A stretch of 64,000 nt of DNA. Origin: the human T2T-CHM13v2.0 reference genome, Homo sapiens. The position numbers and the translations under genes are program-made. Each line of letters begins with the position of its first letter. Within the stretch, counting starts at the first letter, position 1. The stretch lies in the NCBI RefSeq assembly GCF_009914755.1, contig NC_060934.1. The stretch is one strand, 5' to 3'. This document shows positions 1 through 12,655 of the stretch, piece after piece. The notes below the pieces were generated by a model. The model was not told the DNA's origin. It ran no database searches and saw only the letters and a program-made list of their open reading frames with translations.

Positions 1-549
1 CTTCTGGTATGGTATAATGACATACACTAACACTTGGAAGATTGTCATAAACCAGTAGACTGATAATCTCCAAATCACTGATGTATACTGTTATAAATTA
101 ATGCAGAGGTAAGAGATCTATTAAAACTGCAAGACAGACCAATGGATTTCAATTTAACAGAGGATGAAAAGTTACATGATTTGGTTTTAGATTTCGTATT
201 GCAACTAATCTCTACAATACTCTGATGTGTCAAGTTTTGGTGTGGTATTAAAGAAGATTATGTGTAATTATCTGAAAAGGCTACTACCATACTTCTCATG
301 CCTTTTCCAATTGCATATGTGAGGCCAGATTTTCTGCATCCACTTCAACCAAAATAATATATTGCCACAGACTGGAGAAGCCAGTGTAGGAATCCAGCTG
401 TCTTCTAATATGATAAACATTAAAGAGATTAGCAAAAATGTAAAACAATGCCAAGAGTCTCACTAAGTTTTAAATTTTTTGAGTTGAAGTCCTCAATCAT
501 TTTTAACACTGTAATGGGGACCTGAGTTCCAAAAACTTGAGAGCCACTG
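1..549 (+). mobile_element. hAT-Charlie DNA transposon fossil (Charlie1-like), 3' part
   Basis: Degenerate hAT transposase C-terminal coding remnant (FWCGIKEDY..LSEKA, CEARFS) followed by a Charlie1-type end (...AAAAACTTGAGAGCCACTG). Confidence 0.7.
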
Positions 550-2574
550 GCCTAGGAGAAGAAGTAAATTTTAGAAGGCTTTTAAGTTAAACATATGAGG
601 AAAAATGAAAAAGTGAACAGGTGTTATATTGAGAGTGAGAGGAATGAGAAGGGTACAGAATTGAGGAAAGTGTTAATTCCAAAAAACATAAGGAAAGAAC
701 TAAGAGAAGCACTGAGGGCTCAGCTAAGATTTAACTACATTTGTATTGGTGCTGGACACAATTTTCTCCAGCAATACACAGCAGCCTGGGAGATCAAAAA
801 TAGGACAAATGGAGAACTGGAATAGAGAAGATACATGTAACAAATTTAATAAGAAAGTGACAACTAAGGTTTCTGGTTATGTTAAAACAACCAAATTTAA
901 GGTCCAACCTAGGAACAAGAGATGAAATCTTCACTGTTTGGCCAGCTCTTCTACTGAGAATAAGGAAAGGGACCCTAGTGTTGTACCCAAGTGCAGAGGC
1001 AAAATTAAGATCTGCTAAACTTTTCGTGTATGAAATTAAAGTGTGAATTAGTAATGGATCTTGCCTTCCTTAAAAATTTAAATCATGTAACTCAATTATC
1101 CACAGGTGGGGCTTTCAGTTGGAAATGCGTTACAGTGAGTTGCTTTTGTACTTTTAATATTAAAAGCCCATGGAGTGAATTCTAAGCAGTTATGCTTCAT
1201 GCCAAATTCTGTTTAATTCCAGTATACATGTTTGAGTGTGTTAACTGATAACGGACAAAGGCTAGTAGAGCCAAAATGAAATAAAGTCAGCTAAATGAAA
1301 ATTAAGTATTCTATCCTAAAACAGGACTATGCTGAGTAGACTTCTCTTTTCATAATAAGGTTTTACTTAAGTTTGAATTTCTCAGGACACAGCATTACTT
1401 TTCTTCTCAAGAGTTCTCATACTCAAATTATTTCCTAGTTTTAAAAGGACTTAACTTACCATAAATGGCCGTTTTTCCTGATTACGTCTGAAATTACCCA
1501 TCTTAAAACACCTAATCCTACGTAGACAATTTTGTATCACATTACACAGTACTACAGATCACAGAAAAATCTTTCTCATTTTCACATTTTATAGCTCAGA
1601 ACCAGGGTAAACCTGAGCCATGAACCTCATCGCAATTTTTCAATCTCTTGTTTTCATATTACTTACTATACATATACACATTTTGCACACCATTTTGACA
1701 ACTATACCTTCTACAATTCTAGCCTTCCATGTAAACAAGGCTATAGAAAGACTTAGTTTGACATCCTGGCTGAGTCAAATATCTCAATTGGACTTCACAT
1801 CTAAAAAAATGAGGATAACTACATTTGTTCTTTCCTATCTTTCAGGGTTGTTGCAAAGATTAGGTAAGATTTTCATAAGCTGTAAAATATAGTACAAATA
1901 TAAGATATTATCACAGATACTTTCAAGTATTTGAATAATAAAACAAATTATATATTCAAAGTACCAAGGAATTAATTTTGTCATATATGCTTACCAATTA
2001 CGAATTAAGAAATATTGGTTGTTAGGCAAATTATAATTTAGGTATGTTGAAGAAAGGAAAAATATATATAAGAGAATGTTAAAAACTTCCAAAAACAACA
2101 AAAAAACTTTTAAACGATGTGATCCACAGTATTAGCTTCACTTTGGAAGAAAAATTAATGATGTTGGTGTGTCATTTTATTACTTTGATAAAATAGTAAA
2201 TCACATTAAAATAAATACCCAAACACGCCTTTAAACCTTAAATTAACCCAACTGTATTAACTCCTAATATATTTTATATTTATATTTTAATGGATCCCTC
2301 AATTTTCCTAAGTTATTTGTTAAATATCTTTTTTTCATATTACGTAACAAAAATTGTGCTACACTGAAAGCCCAAAGCTCTAATTTCAATCAACTACACC
2401 TACACGCCCCTCTTCCCCTGGGGAAAAAGAAAAAAAAAACCCACCCACTGTACTGCTACAAATAGCAAAAATAAATCTCTCTCTGACTAGTCTTTAGGAG
2501 AAACAATAAAATAACTGGAAGAAGGAAAATAATTGGAAGAAGGAAAAATGGCTATAAGAGTTTACACTCTCCCT

Positions 2575-2727
2575 CAGGCGTCAGCAAACTACAACCCTCA
2601 TCTGCTTTCATGTTTTAGAATGCAGCCACACCCATACTAACCATGGCTGCTTTTGCTGCAATACCATTAATGAGCTGAGAGGCAATAAAAAGGCCACTCA
2701 CCCTTTAAAGAAGTTTGCCAAACACTG
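2575..2727 (+). mobile_element. MER58A-like hAT MITE
   Basis: Terminal inverted repeats CAGGCGTCAGCAAACT / AGTTTGCCAAACACTG; internal CAGCCACACCCAT..ATGGCTGCTTT. Confidence 0.7.
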
Positions 2728-2849
2728 AGCTAAGCAATCAATATTGAAAAGAAAATAAATTCCAAATAAGTCAAAATGTTTTTATTTATACAAGAAATAC
2801 TACTTCTGTTAGGTCTAGCTGATTCTTATTTTGGTTCTGTTTGGTTGTG

Positions 2850-3480
2850 GTCACTCTGTCCGCTTCTTACCATCTCCACTACCACTACTCTGGTCCAAGA
2901 TAGCATCTTTTCTCCCCTGGACTGCTGCCATTGTCTCTTATCTGATCTTGCTGTCCCAATCCACTACAGTCTATCCTCAAACACAGCAGGCAGATCAGTC
3001 CTTTAAAAACTTGTCAAGTAGTATCTCTCCTTTGCTTCAAACCTTCGAAGGACCCCTATTTCATGTATAAGATGAGTGAAAGTCCTTCTAATGGCCTAGA
3101 AAGCTTTATATGATTTGGGCCATTTCATTTCTTATATCATCTTTTATTACTCTCCTTTTCCTTTATTCCCCCTCCTGCCACACTAACTTCCTTCTTGTTC
3201 CTTAAACAGACCAAGTGTATTTTCTGTGAAGTTTTTTATAACTACCATTTGTTCTGCCTGGAGCACTCTTTCTTCCGACTTCTGCATGACTAGCTGAGTG
3301 ACTCCAAGTGTTTGCTCAAATCTCATCTTAAAATGAGGCCTGACCAGGACACCCCACCCAGAACTCTGTATTTCCTCATCTTCAAACTATTTATTGTACA
3401 TGTGTAATTTATGCTACGTTATATTTACTGTTTGTCTTCCCTCCCACCCTACTGACTCTCAACTGTAAGAGCTTGGAATA
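2850..3480 (+). mobile_element. L2 LINE fragment
   Basis: Resembles the L2a 3' region (CCATCTCCACTACCACTACTCTGGTCCAAG..., TTCTGCCTGGAGCACTCTTTC). Confidence 0.65.
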
Positions 3481-3914
3481 CTGGTGTAGTTTGTGGGAAG
3501 GGGGGAGGATAAATAGTGTTAATGAGCTAAGGAAGTGAAAATTATATGCTATTCTTTAAAAAGTACTATAGGCAATTGAGCAGGAGGAAAGCAGAGAGAA
3601 GAATAAATTTTCACGTTAAAATAAAACCCTGCCAACTTTAAGCCCTTAAATTACATGGCTTATTGCCTTTAAAATTAAAACTGCCCAAAAAAAGAAGAAG
3701 AAAAAAAACACCCCGCATTTTTTAAAACGAACAGGGATTTGTAGAAGAGAATTATCTAAAAATGTCAAGCCAATTAAAAACAACTATGTGCCACTCCTGC
3801 AGCTTATTGTTTTAACAACCATATCAAAAGAATTTAACTTGATCAATCAATATAATTTTATAGATGAAATATCTCTAGACATAATTGTATAAATATTCAT
3901 GCCAAACATCTTAC

Positions 3915-3978
3915 ATCTGTATCTTGCTTCCAGAAAACTAATGAGACTGCAGTTGTCAACTGAAGACACGATCACAGA
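3915..3978 (-). other. Candidate 64-nt cassette (poison) exon in MINDY3 intron 1
   Basis: Branch-point-like TACTAAT (4014-4008), AG-free tract, acceptor TTTATTTCATAG, donor GAT|GTAAGA; in-frame TGA at 3958-3956 when joined to exon 1. Confidence 0.45.
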
Positions 3979-4489
3979 CTATGAAATAAAGCCAGAGTTG
4001 ATGTCACATTAGTAATGCAGCAAAGCAGTGTCTTGTGCCTGTTCCCACAATCCCAAAGGACTGCCACAGCAATATTTAGCAATGGCCTCAAAGAACAAAC
4101 AAATGAATACAACAGTTAACATATCAAAACCAGTAACAGGACCCCTCTGATTCAGAGGCGATAACTTCAAAAATATATGTTTGGTTGCCTTAAAATCTTA
4201 ATCAGTGTAAGGCCTTGAAGAGCTACATATCCAAAATATAACTAACTGCACCCTGTAAACGAAAAAAAGAAAGAAATCCTTTATTTTGAAATGGTACTGA
4301 TGGAACTAATCCTGTTAAAGAATTTCTGCATGATTAAAGGTGGCAGAGCGTTCTAATAAGTCATTATAAAGTTCTATTTAGAATAATGATTAGCCATCAA
4401 ATAAACAACTTATTGTAATTGTCAGGAAAAAGCCAAAGAGTGAATTTGGCATAGTCTACAATTAAACACTTTTTAAAATAATATAAAAA

Positions 4490-4690
4490 CAGCTACCATA
4501 TACTGAGTGTTCACTATACGTCAGATAGTGTGCTAAGCACCTAAATTATTTACATGGCCTCTAATCCTCACAATAACTCTGTAAGGTCTATTATCTGTAC
4601 TTTACAGAGAAGGAAACTGAGGCTTAAATAAGCTAAATCACATGAACCTGAACCAAGTACATCTATTCCAGACTGTGCTCTTAACCATTA
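4490..4690 (-). mobile_element. MIR SINE
   Basis: MIR core (TTTACAGAGAAGGAAACTGAGGCTT, TAATCCTCACAATAACTCTGTAAGG). Confidence 0.75.
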
Positions 4691-6216
4691 CTAGAACTGC
4701 CACCCTGAATCTTCCTTGTATTTGCATTACAGTATAAATATAAACAGGGCTGAATATTATCTTATTCTACTTTGTAAAATGTTTAATAAATGTTAACTGA
4801 TTACAATGGAAGTAAATTTTTTCTTAGTCTTTCACAGTATTTTAGAGCTGCTTACTATTAGAATAAGTAAGTCAAAGTGGGAAGTGTTAAAATAAAATCT
4901 CCCTCTAAGAAGCCCAAGATTAGGTAACTGACATAATTGAATGTGAAAAAAAAGAGCCCAAGTCATTACATGTAGGGTTTGGGAACTCAAAGGAAGATAA
5001 TGAAAACAGAGGTATATTAGGAATCGAGAGACCTGGAATCCACTCCCAGTTCTATCGATTTGTGCAACTTTGGCCCAGTCATTTACCTTTACAACTAATT
5101 TTTTTCGCCTGCAAAGCAACAGTGAGGGACTAAATATCCCAACTTAACAATACATCGTAATTGTAATTTTACCAGCTCTTAAAACAAACATGTGGGAGGG
5201 AGGGAGAGATTACGTAAATCCTGAATTTTTGTTACAAAATACACGTTTTGAAATAGGGGTTTATATTTACTATGCCAAAATTCCGCCCAATCTATTTCGG
5301 GAACAGGTGTTCCCTAAATAGATGTTTTAATAATAATAGTGTTTTACATACATAAATTATTGATCCTTCTGACTCAAGGTTATGTTTTAACCTCATCATC
5401 ATCTTTCCTAAGTCACCTTTAGGAATGTGTCAGTTGTTTGCCTATCCAAACTTAAGAATTAGGGATAGTTACTAGTATAAAGCGCCCAGCCTGTTACAGT
5501 GCAAGAATTCAATAAATGCTTATTTTATTTCATTATTATTTGTACTAAGACTCTTCATGTAAGTAAAAGTCCTGTCTGGGTTACAAGCATACCGGCCGAG
5601 GAAGTACTATGATCCATATTCCTTTTTTAACCGTGACAGATAATAAACCATATAAAAAACGGGGATACTTTGGGCCAAGAGTACACTTTTTAGCAAATAA
5701 CAGTGTTTATACACAGACTACCACGCCTAACCACATAATGACAATACAAACAAAAAACTGCTTTTTGGAATTAGCCACTTGGACTTTCCCTTGGACGTCC
5801 CTCCTTCTCACCAAAAATAGACCAACCACCACCAATAGACAGCTCTGTTAGGGGGTAAAGATGCGGAAGGCCACAGCACCCCTTGAGAAAGTGACACCGG
5901 GGCACGGGGCGCATCTTCCGTGTCACGCCCTGCAACCCAGCAAGGGGCCACCCTCTCCTCCTCCCCAGCCGAAGGGCAGCCCGGAGGATGGAAAGAGCGC
6001 TGCGGGTATTTAGTGGCAGCTGTAACCATTCTCCTACTCAAACTCTCCCCACCAAGGCAAGGCAGGGCGTGTCTAGAAAGTCCAGCTTCAGCGCTGAGCA
6101 CGGCGACTGGGGCAGAGAGCGGGGCACGCGAGGGGCTGGAGCGAGAGGCGTCACAGGCGGACTCTCGCAGGGCAAAAGAAGCAGCGGCTGCAAGTGTGAG
6201 AGCCCCGCCAGGGTAC

Positions 6217-6310
6217 CTTGCGTCCAGCGGCAGAAAATGGTGTCCGAGAGACCGGGGCTGCTCTTGGTGCCCCACACCAGCTCCATCAGCTCTTTAGTCA
6301 GTTCGGACAT
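6217..6310 (-). CDS. MINDY3: MINDY3 (FAM188A) K48-linkage deubiquitinase, coding exon 1 (94 nt; remainder of the gene lies beyond the left edge)
   Basis: ATG at 6310 gives MSELTKELMELVWGTKSSPGLSDTIFCRWTQ(G), which I recognise as the MINDY3 N-terminus; phase-1 donor CAAG|GTACCC at 6217/6216; sits in a CpG island. Confidence 0.93.
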
Positions 6311-6363
6311 GATGAGGAACCGGCGGGCGGATCTTCGCTTTGCGGACTCCTGCCCCGGAACAT
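6298..6363 (-). other. Out-of-frame upstream ORF overlapping the MINDY3 start codon (21 aa)
   Basis: ATG at 6363 (cccATGt, weak context) reads MFRGRSPQSEDPPAGSSSCPN*, stopping at 6300-6298, downstream of the main ATG. Confidence 0.6.
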
Positions 6364-6510
6364 GGGGAAGGGGCAACTCCGGAAACAGCAGCTGCGGGAC
6401 GGCGGCGGCAAACGAATTGGAAGGTGAGGCAGGAAAGAAGAAGGGGCTGAGAGCCACTTGCAGAGACCAAGCCTGTCAAGCCAGGTTGGGGCAGCAGCGA
6501 GTTTTCCGTA

Positions 6511-6635
6511 CCGGAAGTGCTGGTGCCACTTCCGACTCCTCTTTAACTCCCGCCCCTTAAGGCTGAGGGCCCGGAAGTCCCCTCCCCGGAAGTGAAATTG
6601 GAGGCGGAAACAGGCACGGAAAGCGGTGGAAGTAG
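6511..6635. promoter_or_regulatory. ETS/GABP motif cluster plus GC box
   Basis: CCGGAAGT at 6511, 6571 and 6586; inverted CACTTCCG at 6527; CCCGCCCC at 6549; further GGAA cores to 6635. Confidence 0.8.
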
Positions 6636-8715
6636 CTTCTGACCTTTCTGAACTGTCTGGGACCCTTTGGTGGGGTGGTAGTTTTTGTATTGGGAAGGGG
6701 CGTCGGCGTGTTTCTAAACTCCAGGAATACCTTCTTCCTCTACGCACTGCTCTGGGCTAAGCTGGAGGCTCTGAGGCCCAGGCACTAGGAATTAGAACAT
6801 ATGCCCATTGCTTGTATTTTTCAATATTAATTTTGCAAAACTAGAACTATAAGGCAATAGTTGAGTCACAGTGCGGTAACATCCGTGCCTTTGTAGGGCG
6901 CTTCTCATAAGCTGGAGGCTGTCCGCCTCTGTACTTCAATAAATCAAAGTCAGACCAACTATTACCTAAAAACATGGCAAAGAATGTGGCATAATGTGCA
7001 TTAGAAATGCTTCCACCAGCTGCAACGCAGAATTACAAGGTATTTGTAGGGAAACAAATTCAGAGCAACCTGTTTGTAAATGTTACAGCATTTTCATCTC
7101 CAGTTTTTGACACTGCAGAGTGTGTGGGCAACACCTGGACTAAAGTTTAGGTTTTACTCATTAACTAGCAGTTAAATTGAGTTCATGTGAAAACTTATGT
7201 TTGTGCTGCTTAAAAAAAGAGGGCTTGTATTGCCCGAGCTTTGAATTTAAAACGAAAGGGCAAAATCTGATTTAAAAAAAAATACATGCTTTTATTTTGG
7301 TTCTGTAAGGTTTCTGTACTCCTTGGAAACCATATTACTTTGGGATGCAGTAATGCAATAGTTAAGAGGCCAAGCTGTGGGTCATACTGGCCCATATTCC
7401 TACCTTTTGCACTTACTAGCAAGTTACCTACTATCTACCTAGGCTTTTTTCTTTCTAAAAGGGAGATTGCATACATTTCATATATTGTAAGGAATAAATG
7501 GAAAAAGTAACACATACAAAGGATTTGGTGTACTTCCTAGCACATGGAAGGCATTTATGCAACAGTGGGTATTTTTTTTACCTCAAGAAGCCATTTTGTG
7601 GGAATTTGATGCAACAGTAGTTCTGACTTTTTTACCCATAAATTCTAGCCAGTTGTATTTTAGTATAATACGTTATGTTCTCTAATTTCAAAAACATGCA
7701 GTTTCATTGTAGAATACCCTTGCATTTGGCTAATTAAAATTAACCCTTAATTTAAAATCTTTTAGATTGCAAATAAGGTTTTGTTAATTTATGCTTTATT
7801 ACTAGCTATTTTTTCCTATTTATACGTTATTTCTAATTTTATTTTAATTAATTTAATTTTATTTCTTCAGTACCCTTTACTGTAATTACAGGGACTTGCC
7901 CAAAGTGCCTGTAGTAGAGCCATAGCATTCCTTTTGATCTTTATTCCCTTTAGAATATCCCTTGCCTTGTTTTTGCAAATCAAATCTTACCTATCCTTCA
8001 TGTCAGAGTGTGCATGCCAAACTTTCTCCAGTCATTACAATTGAAAGTAATAATTATAATTTCTGAGGCTTCATAGTACCTTATGTGTAACTTGCTTATG
8101 ACAATTCCTATCATCATTGTATTTGCAAAGAGTTATTTGCTTTTCTCTTGGGATATAAATTTATGGAAGCAAAGAGCTGCCTATTCATAATTCTAGCATG
8201 GGGCCTTGAACATCACTGGATCTCAATAATTACGATTCCAAGGAACAAAACTTGCCTTTACTGGAAATAAAGAATTCATTATCTCTCAGCAAGTGAGAGA
8301 TCGGGGAAGTAGTACTGACTGCTCCAGTTAAATATCTAATATTCGCATGCTGATTACAATTTACGTAATTCTTCCACTTCCTGAAAGACACAGAAGGGTC
8401 TATGTACATAGAGCTCATAACTGGCAGACTTCTAAGTTCAGAAGTGTTTCCACATTTGACTTTCTCCATTAATGTATGTAAATATTAATGGTGTAGTGTA
8501 TATAACACTACATTTGTTTCCTTTACATTAATATAGATAGTAGTTATAAGTTTGATTACTTTGTTATGAAAAAACAAAAAATTGTACTTTCAAACTGTAT
8601 TTTTTTAAACGAGAAATTTTTTGATCTATGATTTTTCTTAGTTTCCAGCTACAGTGATGCTGGCAAAATCCTGGATAGACATTTATATGAATGTCCTTTC
8701 CACTTCCACATTATA

Positions 8716-9011
8716 TTTTTTTTTTTTTTTGAGATGGAGTTTCGCTCTTTTGCCCAGGCTGGAGTGCAGTGTCACCATCTTGGCTCACTGCAACCTCCAC
8801 CTTCCAGTTTCAAGTGATTCTCCTGCCTCAGCCTCCTGAGTAGCTGGGATTACAGGCACCCGCCACCATGCCCGGCTAATTTTTGTATTTTTAGTGAGAT
8901 GGGGTTTCACCATGTTGGCCAAGCTGGTCTTCGACTCCTGACCTCAGGTGATCCACCCACCTCAGCCTCCCAAAGTGCTGGGATTACAGGCGTGAGCCAC
9001 CACATCTGGCC
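8716..9011 (-). mobile_element. AluS
   Basis: Full dimeric Alu with poly(A); TSD CACATTATA (8707-8715 and 9012-9020). Confidence 0.95.
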
Positions 9012-11147
9012 CACATTATAATTTTTATGTGTAATCTTTTAAATTTTTTAATTAGCAGGACATATCTTTAACAAGGAATATTTTACTTTTAAATTATTGG
9101 CTTAATTATTCATTAGGTATAACATTTAAATAGAAATTAATATTCATCAAAATTGTTCTTATTCAGTAATTATCTATAAATAAATATTTAAGTGAATCAC
9201 GTTTTGCATCTATACCTGGTGCTGGATGAAAATGCCTTTCTCTTGTTATAATGACTTGGAAAATTATGTAAATGTTCTTTCATGTATTTATAACACTTCA
9301 TATTTTAGCATATTGTTTTTCTCAGGACTGTCTATGGTTTCGATTAAACTTGTATCACTGAGGTGTATATAGGTTGCATTAATAATCTTTCACTTCCTAT
9401 TTATATGTAAGTTTTATTAATAATACTTCTGTTTCTTTCAAATTCAAGTCAGGGTGCTTCCATAAAACTGGGCTGAGATTTCCATTATAATGAATTCTTT
9501 TTATCCATCTTTACTACTTCAGGCAACAAAATTAATTACTCAGCATTAAACTCTAACTCTGTTTAATTATTTTCCTGTCTTTCCTCAAACTTTTTTGCCA
9601 GATAAAAGCACAACAACTTTATTGCCTAGTTCCTAGCAACTAACATGAAAAGTACAATTCTCCAGTTGGAAACCCTGGACTCCTAATTTAGTGTATTTAC
9701 ATTACTCCTTACCTAGAAGAAATCAAATATTTCAAAAACTCACCCTGTCATAAGATTAATAACATTTAGGTGGGTCATTAAAACAATCCCATACTCATTT
9801 ATTACTAAAACTTTTTCATTTGTATGTCCTCTGCCTTCCAATAGCAGCATAAATCTACCAAAGCAAATGAAACTACTTCCTTCTGCATCATCCTAACCTT
9901 ATCTCAGCAGGATAATACTTGTCCAGCTGAGCAAACAAGTCCCTTTCAGACTCACCAACATCATATTCAAGGGTGGCATAGTGTAGCACTCCCCATTGCA
10001 TCTCCTACTGACATTAATACATGGTGGTAAAGGGGAAGTGTCATTAAATGCTGGGTTAAATAAATTTAAACAGGTCATTCACTGCAACTCTCCAGGAGTG
10101 GGGATTGTGTTTAATGTTAACAGACACATTTGAATCATTTCATTCACTGAACTTCTTATATAATTTATGTTCTGCAAAATACTGTTAGGGAATCAGGGGT
10201 CTAATGAAATCGTCTCTTGAAATGGAATTAGAAAATCTGAATGTTAGTCCCCATATGGGCAGTAAGTGTGATGTTGGGTGAATCATTTAACTAGCCGTAC
10301 CTTGCTTTCTTCATCTGTAAAATAAGAGAACTAAATATAGGTTACTTCTTAAGGTCATATTCACTGCAGGTCCTGTACACTTCTATGATTCTAAAAAGTG
10401 GCTGTCTTTAACTTGAAATGTATGGGGATAATGGGGAGAAAAAGAATATCGGAAACGTGTATGGAATAGAGAAATAATTATGGCATTATTCTTTAAGACA
10501 TAGAATAAAAGAGGTCATTTGCCATTTTAGCACTTGTGCTAACATTATGAAATGAGAAGATAAAATTCCAACTTGTACATTAACACAAGACTAGCTATAT
10601 AAAGTAACCATATAATATTTACACACTTGGATGTGTCATAGGCACCTCAAACTTAATATGTGCCAAATTAAACATGACTCTTCCCACAAACCCTGCTTTA
10701 CTCTCAATGTTTCATATATCAGTGAATGGTGCCATGATCTACAAAAAGCTCATTCCTTAATGTTCTTGATTGTGATAGAATGAATAAATACTCTCTTTCA
10801 GGCTCAGTTACCACATTCATAAAATGATCTTATTAATAATTGTATCATACAGCGATTGTGATATTTAATAGGGAACATTAGGCACGAAAGAATTACAAGC
10901 ATTGAAAAATACTATTCTTATGTTAGTTTTATTAATGATTTAGGCAAAACATTATAAAGGAGCAAAGATGGTGTATGAATTATTTCTGCATTGAACTGGG
11001 GAAAACCAGAGAAGTTTGACCTGGATAAAATCTTGACTAGAGAAAAAAGGGAGGATGTGCATTTTATGCTTAAAATACTCTCGTGGCAGAATCTTAGCAT
11101 TTGTGTTAGTAAAGAGAGATGAGTCAGGAATATCGGGTTATGGAGGG

Positions 11148-11539
11148 TGTAATGGACAGAATTCTGTCCCTCCAAAATCCATATATTGAAGCCCTAACCC
11201 CTGATTAAACTGGGTTTGGAGATAGAGCCTTTAAGAAGGTAGTTAAGATGAAATGAAGTCCTAAGAGTGGATTCTAATCCAATAGGACTGATTTCCTTCA
11301 AAGAGAGGAGAAAGAGACACCAGTGCATGATGTCTCCCTCTATACCAAAAAGGCCATGTAATGACACAGTGAGAAGGTTGCCGTCTACAAGCCCGGAAGG
11401 GAGGCCTCGCAAGAAACCAAACCTCTCAACACCTTGATTTTGGACCTCTAGACTCTGGAACTGCGAGAAAATAAATTTACGCTGTTTAAGCCATCCAGTC
11501 TGTGCTATTTTGTTATGGCAGCGCAAGCAAACTAATACA
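11148..11539 (+). mobile_element. MLT1A-like MaLR solo LTR
   Basis: TG...CA ends; typical MLT1 motifs (GAAGCCCTAACCCC, AATAAATTT..TTTAAGCCA, ACTAATACA). Confidence 0.8.
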
Positions 11540-11567
11540 GTCTCTTAAAAATGTTAAATGTTAAATA

Positions 11568-12403
11568 CAGGCATGCCTCAGAGATATTGCCGATTGAGTT
11601 TCAGATCATCACAATAAAGTGAATATTGCAATAAAGCCAGTCACACAAATGTTGTGGTTTCCTAGTGCATATAAAAGTTATATTTACACTACACCATAGT
11701 CTATTAAATGTGCAATAGCATTATGTCTAATAAAGACAATGGACATATATACTGTAATTTAAAAAATACTCAACTGCTAAAAAATGCTGATGACCATTTG
11801 AGCCTTCAGCAAGTTGCAGTCTTTTTACTTGTGGAGGGTCTTGCCTCCATGTTGGTGGCTGCTGATTGATCAGGTTGGTGGATGCTGAAGATTGGGGTCG
11901 TTGTGAAAATTTCTTAAAATAAGACAGTTTGTTGTATTGATTGACTTTTCCTTTTACAAAAGATTTCTCTGTGGCATGAGATAATATTTTATCCACAGTA
12001 GAACTTCTTACAAAATTGGAGTCAATCCTCTCCAACCCAGCTGCTGCTTTATCAACTAAGTTTATGGAATATTCTAAATCCTTTATTGTCATTTTCAACA
12101 GTGTTCATAGCATCTTCACCAGGAGTAGATTCCATCTTAAGAAACCACTTTCTTTGCTCATCCATAAGAAGCAACTCCTTATCCATTAAAATTTGATTGT
12201 GACATTATAGCAATTCAGTCATACCTTCAGCCTCCACTTCTAATTCCCATTTTCTTGCTATTGCCACCACATCTGCAGTTACTTTCTCCACTGAAGTCTT
12301 GATCCCTTCAAAGTCATCTATGAAAGTTAGAATCAATTTCTTCCAAACTCCTGTTCCTGTTGATACGTTGATATCCTTCCATGAATCACAAATGTTCTTA
12401 ATG
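11568..12403 (-). mobile_element. Tigger1 DNA transposon 3' fragment
   Basis: TA followed by TIR CAGGCATGCCTCAGAGATATTGC; transposase remnants in the ORF track (DLEYSINLVDKAAAGLERIDSNF; KTSVEKVTADVVAIARKWELEV). Confidence 0.85.
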
Positions 12404-12404
12404 C

Positions 12405-12655
12405 TAGCCTTCAAGGTGGCAACTAGTGACCATGCCTCTTGATGGGCATGTCCTTGGGTAGTTCCTTTCCACATTGAAAAGACCCCAACTGCCTGACCAA
12501 CTGGATATTGTGAAAGTAATGGGATGTGATTTTCAAAGGCATTGCAATTTCTGCCTGGTTTCGTGGCTCTGTTTCTTTGGGGGAAGCCAGCTGCCATGTT
12601 GTGAGGGTACTCAAGTTGTCTATGGACAGGCACACATAAAGAGAAATTCAGGCTA
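12405..12655 (+). mobile_element. MLT1F-like MaLR LTR fragment
   Basis: GGGGGAAGCCAGCTGCCATGTTGTGAGG motif typical of MLT1E/F. Confidence 0.6.

Larger units (their letters stand above)
5860..6720. promoter_or_regulatory. MINDY3: CpG island / MINDY3 promoter and first exon
   Basis: Sharp GC and CpG enrichment in an AT-rich background, spanning the first coding exon. Confidence 0.9.

Noticed and set aside
1454-1490. Strong minus-strand donor ATG|GTAAGT at 1460/1459 in intron 1
   Set aside because: The nearest acceptor has a poor pyrimidine tract and would give only a ~28-nt exon; an isolated donor match is insufficient.
5808-6747. Several overlapping 125-190 aa ORFs on both strands
   Set aside because: Expected in a GC-rich CpG island; only the 94-nt MINDY3 exon has recognisable protein and a splice donor.
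6758-6920. 13-bp repeat TAAGCTGGAGGCT, 150 bp apart
   Set aside because: Only two copies, no array structure; compatible with chance.
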